64,000 bases of DNA from Craspedostauros australis (GCA_030167865.1 JALAGF010004429.1:1-64000), one strand, 5' to 3'. Counted from the first letter of the stretch, positions 50,862-61,855 are shown. A program made the numbers and translations. Notes: generated by a model from the letters alone, not told the origin.

Positions 50862-51679
50862 CTAGTAGTACTTGCCGTCGGCCTTTCCTTGGGCATCAAG
50901 GATTCCAGACCAGTAGTTGGCCTCGAAGTTGAGCTTGGCGTTGACATCAACCTGGACCTCGATGCTGTTCTTGCTCTTCTTCACTGGGTATGTTGGGACG
51001 CCGATTGGGGAGAAGGCTCCTCCGATGAGCTTTCCAATTCCGGATGGGCACCAGGCTCCAACAACCTCTCCGGTCTTCAGGGAGAACTTGGTTCCGAGGA
51101 CTGGGTCCTGGATGGTTCCGTCGGGGTTGACCTTACCGAAGGAAAGTGGCTGGTTGACTGGTGGGCACTTGTCTCCGAGGGCGTAGACGGAACCCTTTGG
51201 GTCGACAGCGATGCAGATGGCAAGTCCTCCAGCGACACCGGAAGTGGCCGAACCTGGGTCTGGGAGGTCAGCAACATCGATGACTGGCACGTACTTGAGC
51301 TTGGAGCCGAACTTGGCCATGTTGAGGGAGGTGGAGCTCTCAACCTGTCAAGTGCGGGCCCGATGTCGTTGTTCATGATGATGGGTTGTTGTTTGGAGTG
51401 GGTACAGAGATGGGTAAAAGGGGTTAGACGGTTGGAAGCTGATGGACGACAGACGCGTGGGATGCTATGTTCACGTGTGTACACAAGCTACACAAGGTAA
51501 TACAGACGAACACGACATCATTACACTATCCAATGCTGGCACTGACGATGACATTGGCATCTACAGTGGAACTGGCTAAGACTGGCAACTTGGATCCATT
51601 CACTCACATTGGTCTTCAGCTGTGGGCCGGTGAAGGCAGCAGCGGAAGTCAAAAGGGAGGCGATGATGGAGAGCTTCAT
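50862..51679 (-). CDS. Plastid-targeted Rieske-ferredoxin-fold protein lacking most Fe-S ligands (184 aa); exons 51679-51608, 51344-50862
   Basis: MKLSIIASLLTSAAA-FTG presequence; VYALGDKCPP..LSFGKV..GTIQDP..GTKFSLKTGEV..WCP..VPTYPV; GTGAGT donor and ACAG acceptor in phase 0; strong codon bias. Confidence 0.85.
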
Positions 51680-52442
51680 TTTTGTGATTTGTTTGATGGA
51701 GTAATCTGTGTTGGATTGAGATCGGGTTGTGCATTGCGTGGTGGTGTGGTGTCAACGATGGAACCAATCCGGACAACGTCAGAGTGAGGAGAAGATACGT
51801 GCGAAGAGCGAAACGAGGAATCAAGTTTGGTGAGCATTGATGGACCATCAGGAGGAAGCGCAGTTGTTGTGCATTTCATCATCGACCATCGATAGATAGA
51901 GCATTGGTGCGTGCCATCCTTGGCGGGCTTGACACGCATTTTCTTCGAGCTTCGTCAGTGCGTTGTTGCCGCTGATCGTTCGTGTTGAAGAACGCTGACG
52001 AAGATTGATGTCGCCCGGTGATGTTGCGCCACGATCTGCTGCTATGCCGCTGCTGCTATTGCGCGCGTTTGCCTCGAAGATCGTCGTCTGCATCATCGTC
52101 GCGATCATTGCTGATTCCTTCAGCTCGTTGTCCACCGCCCGTCCACACACACACACAAGAGCCCAAGAGAGGCGAGAGAGGGAAGCATCAGGAACCGATC
52201 GGTTGACACACCTGCCAAGAGTTTGGTTGTGGGGGGTTGTGTTTGATGTCCAGGATGAAGAATACCACTGTCAGCGTTTGCGCTCCCACCCACGGCGTTC
52301 CTTCGTGTTGTCCGTCTGCTCGCGGTCGTGCACACAACACTGCTGCGCGGCGCGATGATCCATCGTTGTCACTCAAGAACCAGCCACAGAAAGGGAACGA
52401 TGTGCAGACCTTCCACCGTCCATTTTCGCGATGCCTGCGTTT

Positions 52443-52596
52443 TGACGTCAGTTTGGTACTAACTTCCCGTAGATTGCACGTTCAACCACAAAACCATCTC
52501 CGAAAGGATCGCGAATAATCCAGTTCAACTTTACATCTGGACTGAGATAGGCTTTTTTGTTGATGTCAGCTTGTCCGATTCTTGGAGTGACGTCAC
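52443..52596. promoter_or_regulatory. Pair of TGACGTCA palindromes (52443-52450; GTGACGTCAC 52587-52596) plus TGATGTCA (52561) in a bidirectional promoter
   Basis: Read directly; between the head-to-head Rieske-like and methyltransferase-like genes. Confidence 0.55.
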
Positions 52597-52989
52597 ATAC
52601 AACTGAAGAAGGAAGAGATCAACCACACAGACACAGATCATCCACGATCTTGTTGTTGGTGTTGTTCTTGTTGCTGTCTTTCTTTTTGTTCGTGTTCCAC
52701 GCCAACTGGCAACAGAGAATGCGAGTAGTTCGTAGAATGGAAAGATGACGATGATGGCGACGATGATGACATCGAAGATCGCTCTCGGGAGGGGTGAGCG
52801 AAGATCGATTGGTCAGAGCAACACCTACAGCAAAACCAACAACAACAACAACAAAACAGCATTCCGAATCCTTTCCCGTGATCGTGATCGTCATCGCGTT
52901 CAATCGGAGAGAAGAGTCGTCGCAAGCAACCGTATTGATTGAAGACACAGCATTCAAGAGTATTGTACACCACCACGCAGAATAGTGAC

Positions 52990-53988
52990 ATGATTTTGAG
53001 AAGAACCACCATATTGGCGGCAGTCCTCGTCGGGCTCAGCCTGTCCTCGCAGGCAGCTGCCTTTGCGCCGCTGTCCCCATCCATTTCTGCGTCCACCGCC
53101 ACGACTGCGGGGCCAGCAAGCAAGGACGATGGCTGCCAGCAGCTCGTGGGCAGCAGCAACAGCAGAACGAGCAAGGTGACGGCGCTGGGAATGGGATTGG
53201 ACATGGTCACGTACCTGCGAACGGAATGGGTCTCGGCCGCCCTGTGCACCAACCAGACGCCGCGCAGCGCCGACGTGTGCCTGGAGCTGGGTTGCGATGA
53301 CGGACGCGGCGTCACCTTCGTCCCGCGCACCATCCGCGAATACTGGACCTCCACCATCGAGGCCGATGGCGTGCTGCCCCTGAAGATCCGTCGCCAATTG
53401 AAGACATCGCAGGAACGTCGCAAGGCGGCCGAGGTCATGTACTTCGACCAGCGCGCCGATGACCTCAAGGAGCTCGCCAACGAGAGCGTCGACGTCGTCA
53501 TCAGCCTGCAGGCGGCCGCCAAGATGGTGGAGAATGGGTTGGATTGGAAGAAGAGCATCGATGAGGCGGCCCGCGTCCTCAAGCCGGGCGGCCGCCTCCT
53601 TTTTGTGGAGCCGAATGAGCTCGACGGCGAGTCCTACCTCGACTACGTCCAGCAGCTGGGATTGAACACGCAAGGCGACAGTGCCGAGGGTGACAACGAT
53701 GGCGGCGCAGACGATGAGAACAAGGAGGAGGAACAGCGATTCGCAATCTTCGACGACGTTGGTTTCGACAGCGTGGATTTGGTCATCGTGCCGCATACAG
53801 CCGGTGTGGCCATCAAGTCCATCGATGCCGGTCTCACCATCGATCAGCGCAACGCCAAGATCAAGAAGATGGAACAAGACAAGGAGGCCGAGCTCTCCAT
53901 CATGGCCTACGAGAGAGGTATCAAGAAGCGAAAGAGGAAAAAGAAGGGTGCGAACAAGGCTGACACGGAGACCACCGCCACAAAATAG
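52990..53988 (+). CDS. Plastid-targeted class I methyltransferase-like protein (332 aa)
   Basis: Signal peptide + AAA-FAP; SVDVVIS and EAARVLKPGGRLLFVE (Methyltransf_11-like C-terminal motifs). Motif I is atypical (CLELGCDDG). Confidence 0.8.
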   Translation: MILRRTTILAAVLVGLSLSSQAAAFAPLSPSISASTATTAGPASKDDGCQQLVGSSNSRTSKVTALGMGLDMVTYLRTEWVSAALCTNQTPRSADVCLELGCDDGRGVTFVPRTIREYWTSTIEADGVLPLKIRRQLKTSQERRKAAEVMYFDQRADDLKELANESVDVVISLQAAAKMVENGLDWKKSIDEAARVLKPGGRLLFVEPNELDGESYLDYVQQLGLNTQGDSAEGDNDGGADDENKEEEQRFAIFDDVGFDSVDLVIVPHTAGVAIKSIDAGLTIDQRNAKIKKMEQDKEAELSIMAYERGIKKRKRKKKGANKADTETTATK

Positions 53989-54669
53989 GCATGAACAGAG
54001 GTGGTCAGAGTCCTCCACTGTACTCTGCTCTACTCTACTCCACTGTATTTGACAACGTGAATAATACCATGAGTACTTGAATCCGCACATTGCCAAATGA
54101 ATGACCACAAGCTCTTCCATTCAACGCGATTCCTGCGTTTCTCCTGCATTTCTAATTCATTTGGGCAATCAAATGAAGATACTGAACAAGTAATGCGCAG
54201 CCTTTTTCACATGTTTCTCAAGAGCGCCTCTTCTGTACCGTACTTTCTATTAGAACTTGGTCAAGCAGGAGGGATATTCCGTCATGGGAGATGGATGATT
54301 TGGAGTGTCGGTAGAGACACGTACTCAATGTTGACATCATTCGCAGGGCATCCGTGACTGCCAATTCGTGAGCCGGGCCGCAGTCCTGAGCGGATCATCA
54401 CATCGATGGGTCTGATCACTTGCATGAACAGAGACAGAGATGTAATATATGGTATTCTATAATATGTACTCGGATGGTACGGGTACGAGCTATGCATGGC
54501 ACCAATCACTAGTAGCACAATCCATCGCAGAGAAGGCAAATCTATGGAGAAAGCAGCGTGCAAGTTTTGGCACTCCTTCTAACTGTAGCCAGATGTTCGA
54601 AAGTCATGTGCTATCCAACACTCGTGCGATTACGTATGGCAAGCTCAGACCTGCGTGGCAAATAGCGAT

Positions 54670-55386
54670 TCACACGCGCTTGATCTCCTTGGTCTTGGCC
54701 TTGCCGCTGATCTTGTCAAAGTGCTTCTTGCGTTGCCGCAGCAACTGCTTCATCATGGGATAGAAGAAGACCGGCCACAGAGCCGCCGCGCCGTACAGGA
54801 TGGGCTTGCTGTTGAGCTGCCCCGCCAGGATGACCATCATCATCTCGCCGGCCAACGCCCCGATGGGAAAGAGAATGGGCCCGACCGTGAAACGCACGCT
54901 CTTGACGAAGTGACTGCCATTCGGCAGCATCCCGTCGATGGCGAAGCATCCGAAGCGTATCGTGTCGCCGATGCTCCACGTCGCGATGGTGAGGATGTGC
55001 TGCCATGACGTGCACGGGATCATGGGTGCGACGAGCCGTTCGACGCCCATGCGCGTGCAGGAGAAGAGGAGGACGGCCAACGGGGGGCTCTTGGTGAAAC
55101 CCATGAGGCAGTTGAAGAGCTCGAGGAAGGAGCTGCAGAGGGCGAACGTGACGGCGGCGGTCGTTTCATTGACGCACATCGCGGCGACGGGGGCCTCATC
55201 GACGGACGGCAGCATGGCCATGAGGCAGCCGGTCGAAGCGATGGTGACGAAGGAGCGCAGCCATGATGCCGAGATGGTGAGGTTTGTGAGCACCAACCAG
55301 GCTCGGATCATGGACATCTTTGGATCCTCGCCTGAGGCTGCGGCTGTTCCCGTGCTTGCGCTGGCTGTGCTGGATGTGCCTGCCAT
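54670..55386 (-). CDS. PTPLA/HACD (PHS1/PAS2) family 3-hydroxyacyl-CoA dehydratase-like membrane protein
   Basis: Multi-TM; LELFNCLMGFTKS, WSIGDTIRF, RFTVGPILFPIGALAGEM, QLLRQRKK and a basic C-terminus follow the PTPLA layout. Confidence 0.8.
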   Translation of the reverse strand: MAGTSSTASASTGTAAASGEDPKMSMIRAWLVLTNLTISASWLRSFVTIASTGCLMAMLPSVDEAPVAAMCVNETTAAVTFALCSSFLELFNCLMGFTKSPPLAVLLFSCTRMGVERLVAPMIPCTSWQHILTIATWSIGDTIRFGCFAIDGMLPNGSHFVKSVRFTVGPILFPIGALAGEMMMVILAGQLNSKPILYGAAALWPVFFYPMMKQLLRQRKKHFDKISGKAKTKEIKRV

Positions 55387-55892
55387 TGTTCTTGTCGTTG
55401 TCCCTATCGGATTGCTTGCTTGCGTCTGTTGATTTGCTTCAACGATTGGTCTGTGTCGTGCGACCATGGATAAGACTTACTGCCTCTTCCCAATGTTTCC
55501 ACTCTCGAAGCAGTGAGTACGAACAGCACGCAGAGAGTATCTTTTGTTGTGTGGTTGGACGCAGTCGTGACACCACATTCCGAAACAAGATCCACGAACG
55601 AACCAACGCTCGCTTCGTTTGTCGCACGAGTCGGAGGCAAAATCGTGGAAGGAGACGGAATCGTGGAGATCGCACAAGAACGCGAACAAGACCACCAGCC
55701 AAATGGCACAGAAACAGAATCAGAAGCAGATACGGAATCTTCTCGACCTTCCCTCTTGGCGCAAGAGAGCACACAATTCTGCTGATCGATGTCTGCGACA
55801 GCACCACCATACCAGGACTTGTGGAGTGCCATAATACTCTATTCCATCTTGCACGAAATCGATACCACCATCTGCATTCATACTCTACAGTG

Positions 55893-57086
55893 ATGACCAT
55901 CAGGAAGCCAGTAGCGACAAAGACAACGACAACAACGCAGTCTGCGTTGGCTTCTGGTGTGCCTCCTGACCAACACCATCGTGGCCCTGAAGGCGCTTCA
56001 GCATCTGCGCGTAACCCTGAGACGGCGACACCAACCACTGGGCAAACGCAAACACAAGTGCAACAACATCAACGACAGCAAGAACGGAAGAAGTCATCAA
56101 ACGTTCGCGCCAACATAGAGATGGAATCGCTTGAAGAGCAGTTCTCATCAGACACAAGGCCGCTTCGCTTGCAGAACCGCAGGATCGGTCTTCCGCGCCA
56201 ACTTGGCGACGACGATGGCAACGCTGATCGCAATGGCAACAGCAATGCCAATGGAAATAGCAGCAGCAACAGTCGCCGCAACCGTGCCGGAGGTATCAGT
56301 GAAGGGAATGCCAACAACGAGACAGAACAGGAGGCTCGAGAAGCCCTGAAAGAAAAGCATTGGAAGGAAAGTCCCTTCGCGGTGGGTCTCGTCAGCGTGC
56401 GTTGGGCGGACGACCGCATACCGCTGTCCGAATTGTGCTGCGGAAGCACAGGACAGATGCAACGACAGTTTTCCGACACCGGGAAAACCTCGATCTGCCT
56501 CTCTGCCTACTTCTGCAGCTGTGCCGGCCGGGTTGGAAATTTGGTCGTCTGCGCGCGTCGTCAGGAGGCGTACGATCATGTCACCACCGATCCGGAGACC
56601 GGCCAAGTCACCACGATGCGCAAGAAACGCCCCCGATTGCTCTGCGTGCTGGGCCCGTACTGGTGGATGAACTTGTTCGTCACGTTCCCGTTGATCATCG
56701 GCATCTCGTACTGGACATTCGAGACCAAGGCGGACGATGAGCACATCGCTCTCGTCGTCATCTGGGCCAGCTCCGTCATCCTCATGCTGCTCTCCCTGTG
56801 CATGATCTCCTTCCGCAACCCGGGCGTGATGTATCGACACAACGAACGTCCCGCGTCCGCGCAAGTTGCAGATGCCGACAACTGGAGGTGGAATGATCAG
56901 GCCCAGACCTACCGTCCCACGGATGCCCGGTTCGATCCGGAGTGCGGCGTCGTCATTGAAGGATTCGATCACACATGTCCATGGACCGGCACGGCCATCG
57001 GCGAAGCCAACATGTTCTGGTTCCGCATCTTTACCACCATGGTGCCGGCCTCCATCACTCTCACGATCATCATCCACGTCGCTTGA
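55893..57086 (+). CDS. DHHC-type palmitoyltransferase-like protein (DHTC variant)
   Basis: LGPYW, two TMs, FRNPG, then FDHTCPWTGTAIGEANMFWF; start codon uncertain. Confidence 0.85.
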   Translation: MTIRKPVATKTTTTTQSALASGVPPDQHHRGPEGASASARNPETATPTTGQTQTQVQQHQRQQERKKSSNVRANIEMESLEEQFSSDTRPLRLQNRRIGLPRQLGDDDGNADRNGNSNANGNSSSNSRRNRAGGISEGNANNETEQEAREALKEKHWKESPFAVGLVSVRWADDRIPLSELCCGSTGQMQRQFSDTGKTSICLSAYFCSCAGRVGNLVVCARRQEAYDHVTTDPETGQVTTMRKKRPRLLCVLGPYWWMNLFVTFPLIIGISYWTFETKADDEHIALVVIWASSVILMLLSLCMISFRNPGVMYRHNERPASAQVADADNWRWNDQAQTYRPTDARFDPECGVVIEGFDHTCPWTGTAIGEANMFWFRIFTTMVPASITLTIIIHVA

Positions 57087-57913
57087 AAGGGTCGGGAGTC
57101 ATTGTATTTTACAAATAGTATGCATGGTACAATAATGGTAGTCTACATTCATTGCATGAACTGTGTCGTAGTCAAGTCTGTTGGAATCAACTTCTAAACG
57201 GGGGTTGATCTGCTGAATTGCGCCGTATTACTCTCTCTCTGTCTCCACACGTCTCCATGTCTCTTTCCTTCTCCCAAGAGATACTCATGTACGCGTGCAA
57301 CTGATCTCGTTGCATCTTGATGAATGTTGCGACAATGGCACGAATGGGGCACATGGTCGCAGTGCTGGGCACGAGTATCATCCTGTCTTCACTATCGTAG
57401 CCTGTCTACGCTCGTCAGCGTTGTCGGAATTGGAGGCCGCATGTCCCATGTGACTCGTGTGCGTCATCTGCAAGACTTGCTCGCCAAAATGTAAAGCCGA
57501 TGTTCTCAGTTTTGGCGCGTGCTCCAAAAATGACAGATGAACGTTGAGATGACACCAACCATCTCTGCGCGCAAAATGGCAACACGCGAACAATGGTGTT
57601 ACTCGTGTTTGTGTTCTATTCGTGGTCTGATGTCGCTTGGCGCAAGACAGAGGCACAATGGCGGAACGTGGATGCGTCTTGTTCGCAGTCCAACTCAACT
57701 CAGCCCAGAGCTCAATCCAGGTTCAGTTCAGGCCGACTGCAAGGACCAGTACATACGAGGAGGACCATTCCATCACCAACCTAACCCGTCGTCAACAAAG
57801 AGTCCCATCGTCATTGGCAATAGCAGTGGAGCAGTTTGATTCCTGTCCAAGTCAACTCCAATCACTCAACTTCACGACACCCCACTGGGAAATTGCCCAA
57901 TCCTCAAGAAGAC

Positions 57914-59146
57914 ATGTCATCGTCCGTGCAATACTCCGGCGTCGATGACAGCGACAATGCGTCGCTACACAGCTGCTCCTTGCGCAGCAAACCGGCCGAT
58001 GTGGAATCGGAAAGCACCGTCGCTGCCTCCATCTCCAGCAAGTTCCGACGATCGCACAGGCGGACCGGTTCCAACTCGGACCTGAGCCAGCCCCTCACGG
58101 CTCTCGAGGTGGCACCATCGTCGATGGATGAAGAGTTGGCCAACGATCCTTACTTCATGTTCCGATCGGATCTGCAGCGCAAGCTGGAGAGTTTGGATGA
58201 AACGCTCTTCGAGTACATCCGGATAGTCAATGACACCGTAAGTCCGCAGCGTCATTGGAGCTGCTCCGTCTTCTTGTTTGACTGGTTGCTTGCTTGAGGC
58301 CAGCGTGAACAGATGAGCAGCGGAAGCAACAAAGTGATTGGCATCAGCGTCAGCATCTGCAGTACACGTCTCACACTTGTTGCTATACTTAATTGCTGTT
58401 TCTCTATCCTCCAATCGATGATGCCAAACGCACACACACACACATATCACAACACGATGAATCCTTTTTGAATTGAACCATCGAATGAATGAAATGCACA
58501 GGACACGGCCGTCAACACGCACGAACTCAAGGAAGCGAAGAAGCTGCTGAAGCGGCATCTCAAGAACGCAGAATCCAACTTGCGCGATGTGCGCATGACG
58601 GTGCAGCTGGTGGAGAATGACCGTTCCAAATTCCCTCACATCGATGATTCCCAGCTCTACGACCGCAAAACCTTCTGCGAAACATCGCAGGAACGCCTCG
58701 CCAAGTGCAAGCAGGAGATGAACTCGGACATTGTCAAGGAGAAGCTGCTGCTGGATCAAAGGAATCTCGCGATACGTCGCAACGGCAACGGCGATGGCAT
58801 TCTGGGCGCCAAGACGGATGAGCAGAGGATGAACACGAATTTCGTTCTCAACAACCAGGCGCAGGCCTCCGTCATGTTCCAGCAGCAGGATGAGACGCTG
58901 GATGAACTTGGTGATGTCGTCACGCGCGTCGGAGAGATGGCGGAGAACATACATGACGAGATCGAGCAACAAAATGAACTGCTGGAACAGATCGACGAGG
59001 ACATGACCAACGCAGAAGAGGAGCTGGGACTCGTCATGGGCAAGTTGGGCAAATTCCTCAAAACCAAGGACAAGTGGCAGCTGCGGACGATACTGGCACT
59101 CAGCCTGACGGCGTTCGTGTTGTTCTTTTTGGTTCTGTACACGTGA
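57914..59146 (+). CDS. STX6: Syntaxin-6/SYP61/Tlg1-like Qc-SNARE (322 aa); exons 57914-58237, 58502-59146
   Basis: DPYFM (Syntaxin-6 N), VENDRSKFPHID, SNARE motif QQQDETLDELG..IHDEIEQQNELL and a C-terminal TM; GTAAGT donor and ACAG acceptor in phase 0. Confidence 0.9.
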
Positions 59147-59679
59147 TGGTGTTATTACATGTGATGATGGCGTTGGTGTTATCGACTTCAGGCGGACATC
59201 GTCGCAAAATTCAACGCAAGCAGACGCGAAGGCAGGCAAAAGCAAGCAAGCGGGTAGACAACCACACAAACGAAGAAGGAATCAATGAAGTTCGATATTC
59301 TGCAAACGTCCATCCGTAACCATAACGTATCGCACAACACCGATTGGACACGTGTGGCAGATCCTGTCCTTTCTGAATGAGAGATGGATTCTGCAGAATG
59401 CGGAGTGAAAGGTCCAACTCCGTGTTCCTCGTGATCGAAGTTCCATTTGCCTTTTGGTCGTCGTGAAAGCCGCAATCAATACAAGCCGGGTTGTTCCAAG
59501 CCAGTGCCGCCACAAATCGATTGATCTTACGCAGTGTTTAGCAAACAATTACTCTGTACTATAATAGTATGGTGTAGGCAGGTGTAGTCTGCGACAACCG
59601 CCAGGTGCAGTCGTCGTTCCCAACAGGCTTGGTTATGTCCTTTCCTTGAGACCTCCGCAGGATGGAAAGCGCTCTCGCT

Positions 59680-61299
59680 CTAGACCTTTGGAAGGGTGGA
59701 GGCACGCAACGTCTGTTTTTGGACGGTGATCTCACTTTTGCACTTCTTGCACTTGAACTTGGCCTCGTCGCTGAATCCCTCCACGCCCAGGATGTTTCCG
59801 AAGTAGACACGGTTCTCGAATTCGCAGGTTGGGCATGGTCCGTAAGCGATGAACTTCTCCTGGAAGAGGAAGTCCTCGGTGATGGTCTTGGAACCGTTGT
59901 AGATGAGTGGCGATCCGAGGGCGGCAAGGACGAGCGGGTTCAAACGGACGATGGGCTCGATGAACTCGAATCCCAATCCCAACCAGACGATGGTGAGAAA
60001 GGCACCGGCTGGGAGGTAGAGGAGGTTGGATCGGAACTTGTCCTCCTGCAGGGTGACCTTGCAGACGCCGGAGTCGATGTAGCACTTTGGTTCGGTGTCG
60101 ACGGCGAACTGGGATCCCTCCTCCTTGAGCTGCTTCTTGAGCGCATCGAATTCCTTGTCGTCCATGGTTGGCTCGCCCTTGAGGTAGGCCTCGACAGCTG
60201 CAAGGTACGTGGCCTCCTGTCTGTTGAGAACGACGACTGGCGATCCATTCCACTGCAAATCCTCCTTCAGCTTGTCGAAGTCATCGTCCTTCAACAATTG
60301 TCGTCCGGTGATGTAGTAAGACTGTCAACGGAGTGTGTGTGTGTGTGTGTTCGTTGGGTCATTGTACATAAAGATAGGGATTGGATGGTTGATTGAATGC
60401 ATGATGGCATTCGTTCGTTGTTTCCAACGATTTGCCCATCAGTAGATATTGCATCAATCAACACATGTCCAGAGATGCCGTGTTTCGAAGGAAGTTGGAA
60501 GGAATAGATCGAGGTGAGACGGGTCCAACTATTTGTGAGCATCGATGCAAAGAGATGATTGCTGCCTTGTTTGATGATGCGTCCGATCAAGCCGCACAGG
60601 TCCGAGTGATGTCTCAAATAACGGAGGCATCGCACAATGACCCAGAGCGTCAGGCATAAGACGCTGATGTTGTGCTGCGTTTCATTGAGCATCAGCAACC
60701 TCCTCGTTATCACGTCTGTTGCAATCAAATCAATCTGAATGTCAGAGCGTGATGGGCAGGGTGTTGCCCAACCCAACCCAACCCAATCCAACTCATCCGT
60801 CAATCCATGAAACACCGAATGATTGCAACGGAAGGATTCGGGACATCGTTTGGACGTAGACAAACAGAGAGAGATTGATGCAAACGCAAAGTCAAGCGCA
60901 AGGATAGACACAGCCCACAATGCAGCGGTTGATGGATTGGCATACCTGAAGGGAGTCCAAGAAGATGCGCTCCTTCTCGGCGATAGTAAGGCGGATGGGG
61001 CTTCCGTCATCATCGATTCTGCAGTACTCCTCGTCTGGGATGCACTCCTCGGCCTCGCGGTTGGTCTCGAAGAAGCGTCCGGCTTCGTCATCAAACACGA
61101 CCTCCTTGCGTGCGCTGGTCATCTGGAACTTGTCGACGTCCTCCTTGTCATCACCGGCCATTCGCATGACAGATGAAGTGCGCGCCACGAAGCCGCTTCG
61201 CGATGGGGATGGTGCCCAGGCGCTCACGGTTCCGCTGTTGGCGCAGAGCAGCGCAACGGCTGCTGCCAGGATGGTTGGTCTCATGTTCAGGGACGGCAT
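59680..61299 (-). CDS. PGRL1: PGR5-like protein 1 (PGRL1), thylakoid cyclic electron flow (~331 aa); exons 61299-60946, 60321-59680
   Basis: Presequence VSA-WAP; EKERIFLDSLQ|SYY..DFDKLKEDLQWNGSPVVVLNRQE..EFDALKKQLKEEGS, two TMs, GPCPTC and KCKKC. Confidence 0.95.
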
Positions 61300-61782
61300 C
61301 TTTTCTTTCGCTCTGTGTTGCAGTCTGTTCGTATTTGTGCTTGTGCTTTTGCTTGTGCTTGTACTTGTGCTTGAGTAGCGAAGGTGTCACCTCTCTGTCT
61401 CTCTCTTCGTTTGCTGTTGTCTGTTGGGAGTTGTGAGGGGCCATGGACACCATCAGCAACGCCAAACTACGACATCAACAACACGCTTGGTGGGCGAAAA
61501 AGATACGACTTCGACGTTCGCACCTACGCACGCCATCATCGTCACACCCCGCGCCACAACAGCAGCGCAATTGCACCCGTGATGGTACCACACGACCACG
61601 AACGGAGCAGTCGTACGAGTATTACGACTACACCACAAACAACGAGTAATTTCACCACAACACACAATGGAAAAAGACGAACAGACCCAGCGGATTCCTT
61701 CGACCAGGTTCGAAACCACTTCGTTGTCGAAATGTCACGCACATCAACACGTCACACGATTTGGATGCGTTGTGCCACATCA

Positions 61783-61855
61783 TGACGTCAGCATAGCGAA
61801 GGGCCACGCGTCGTGCATGCGACACAAACCAATCCAACCAGATACGGTGACGTCA
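61783..61855. promoter_or_regulatory. Pair of TGACGTCA palindromes (61783-61790, 61848-61855) in a bidirectional promoter
   Basis: Read directly; between head-to-head PGRL1 and the DUF2993-like gene; extra ACGTCA at 61749. Confidence 0.55.

Noticed and set aside
55320-55892. N-terminal 190 aa of the 588-aa DHHC ORF
   Set aside because: Non-ATG start, overlaps the divergent HACD gene and its promoter; likely non-coding read-through upstream of the ATG at 55893.
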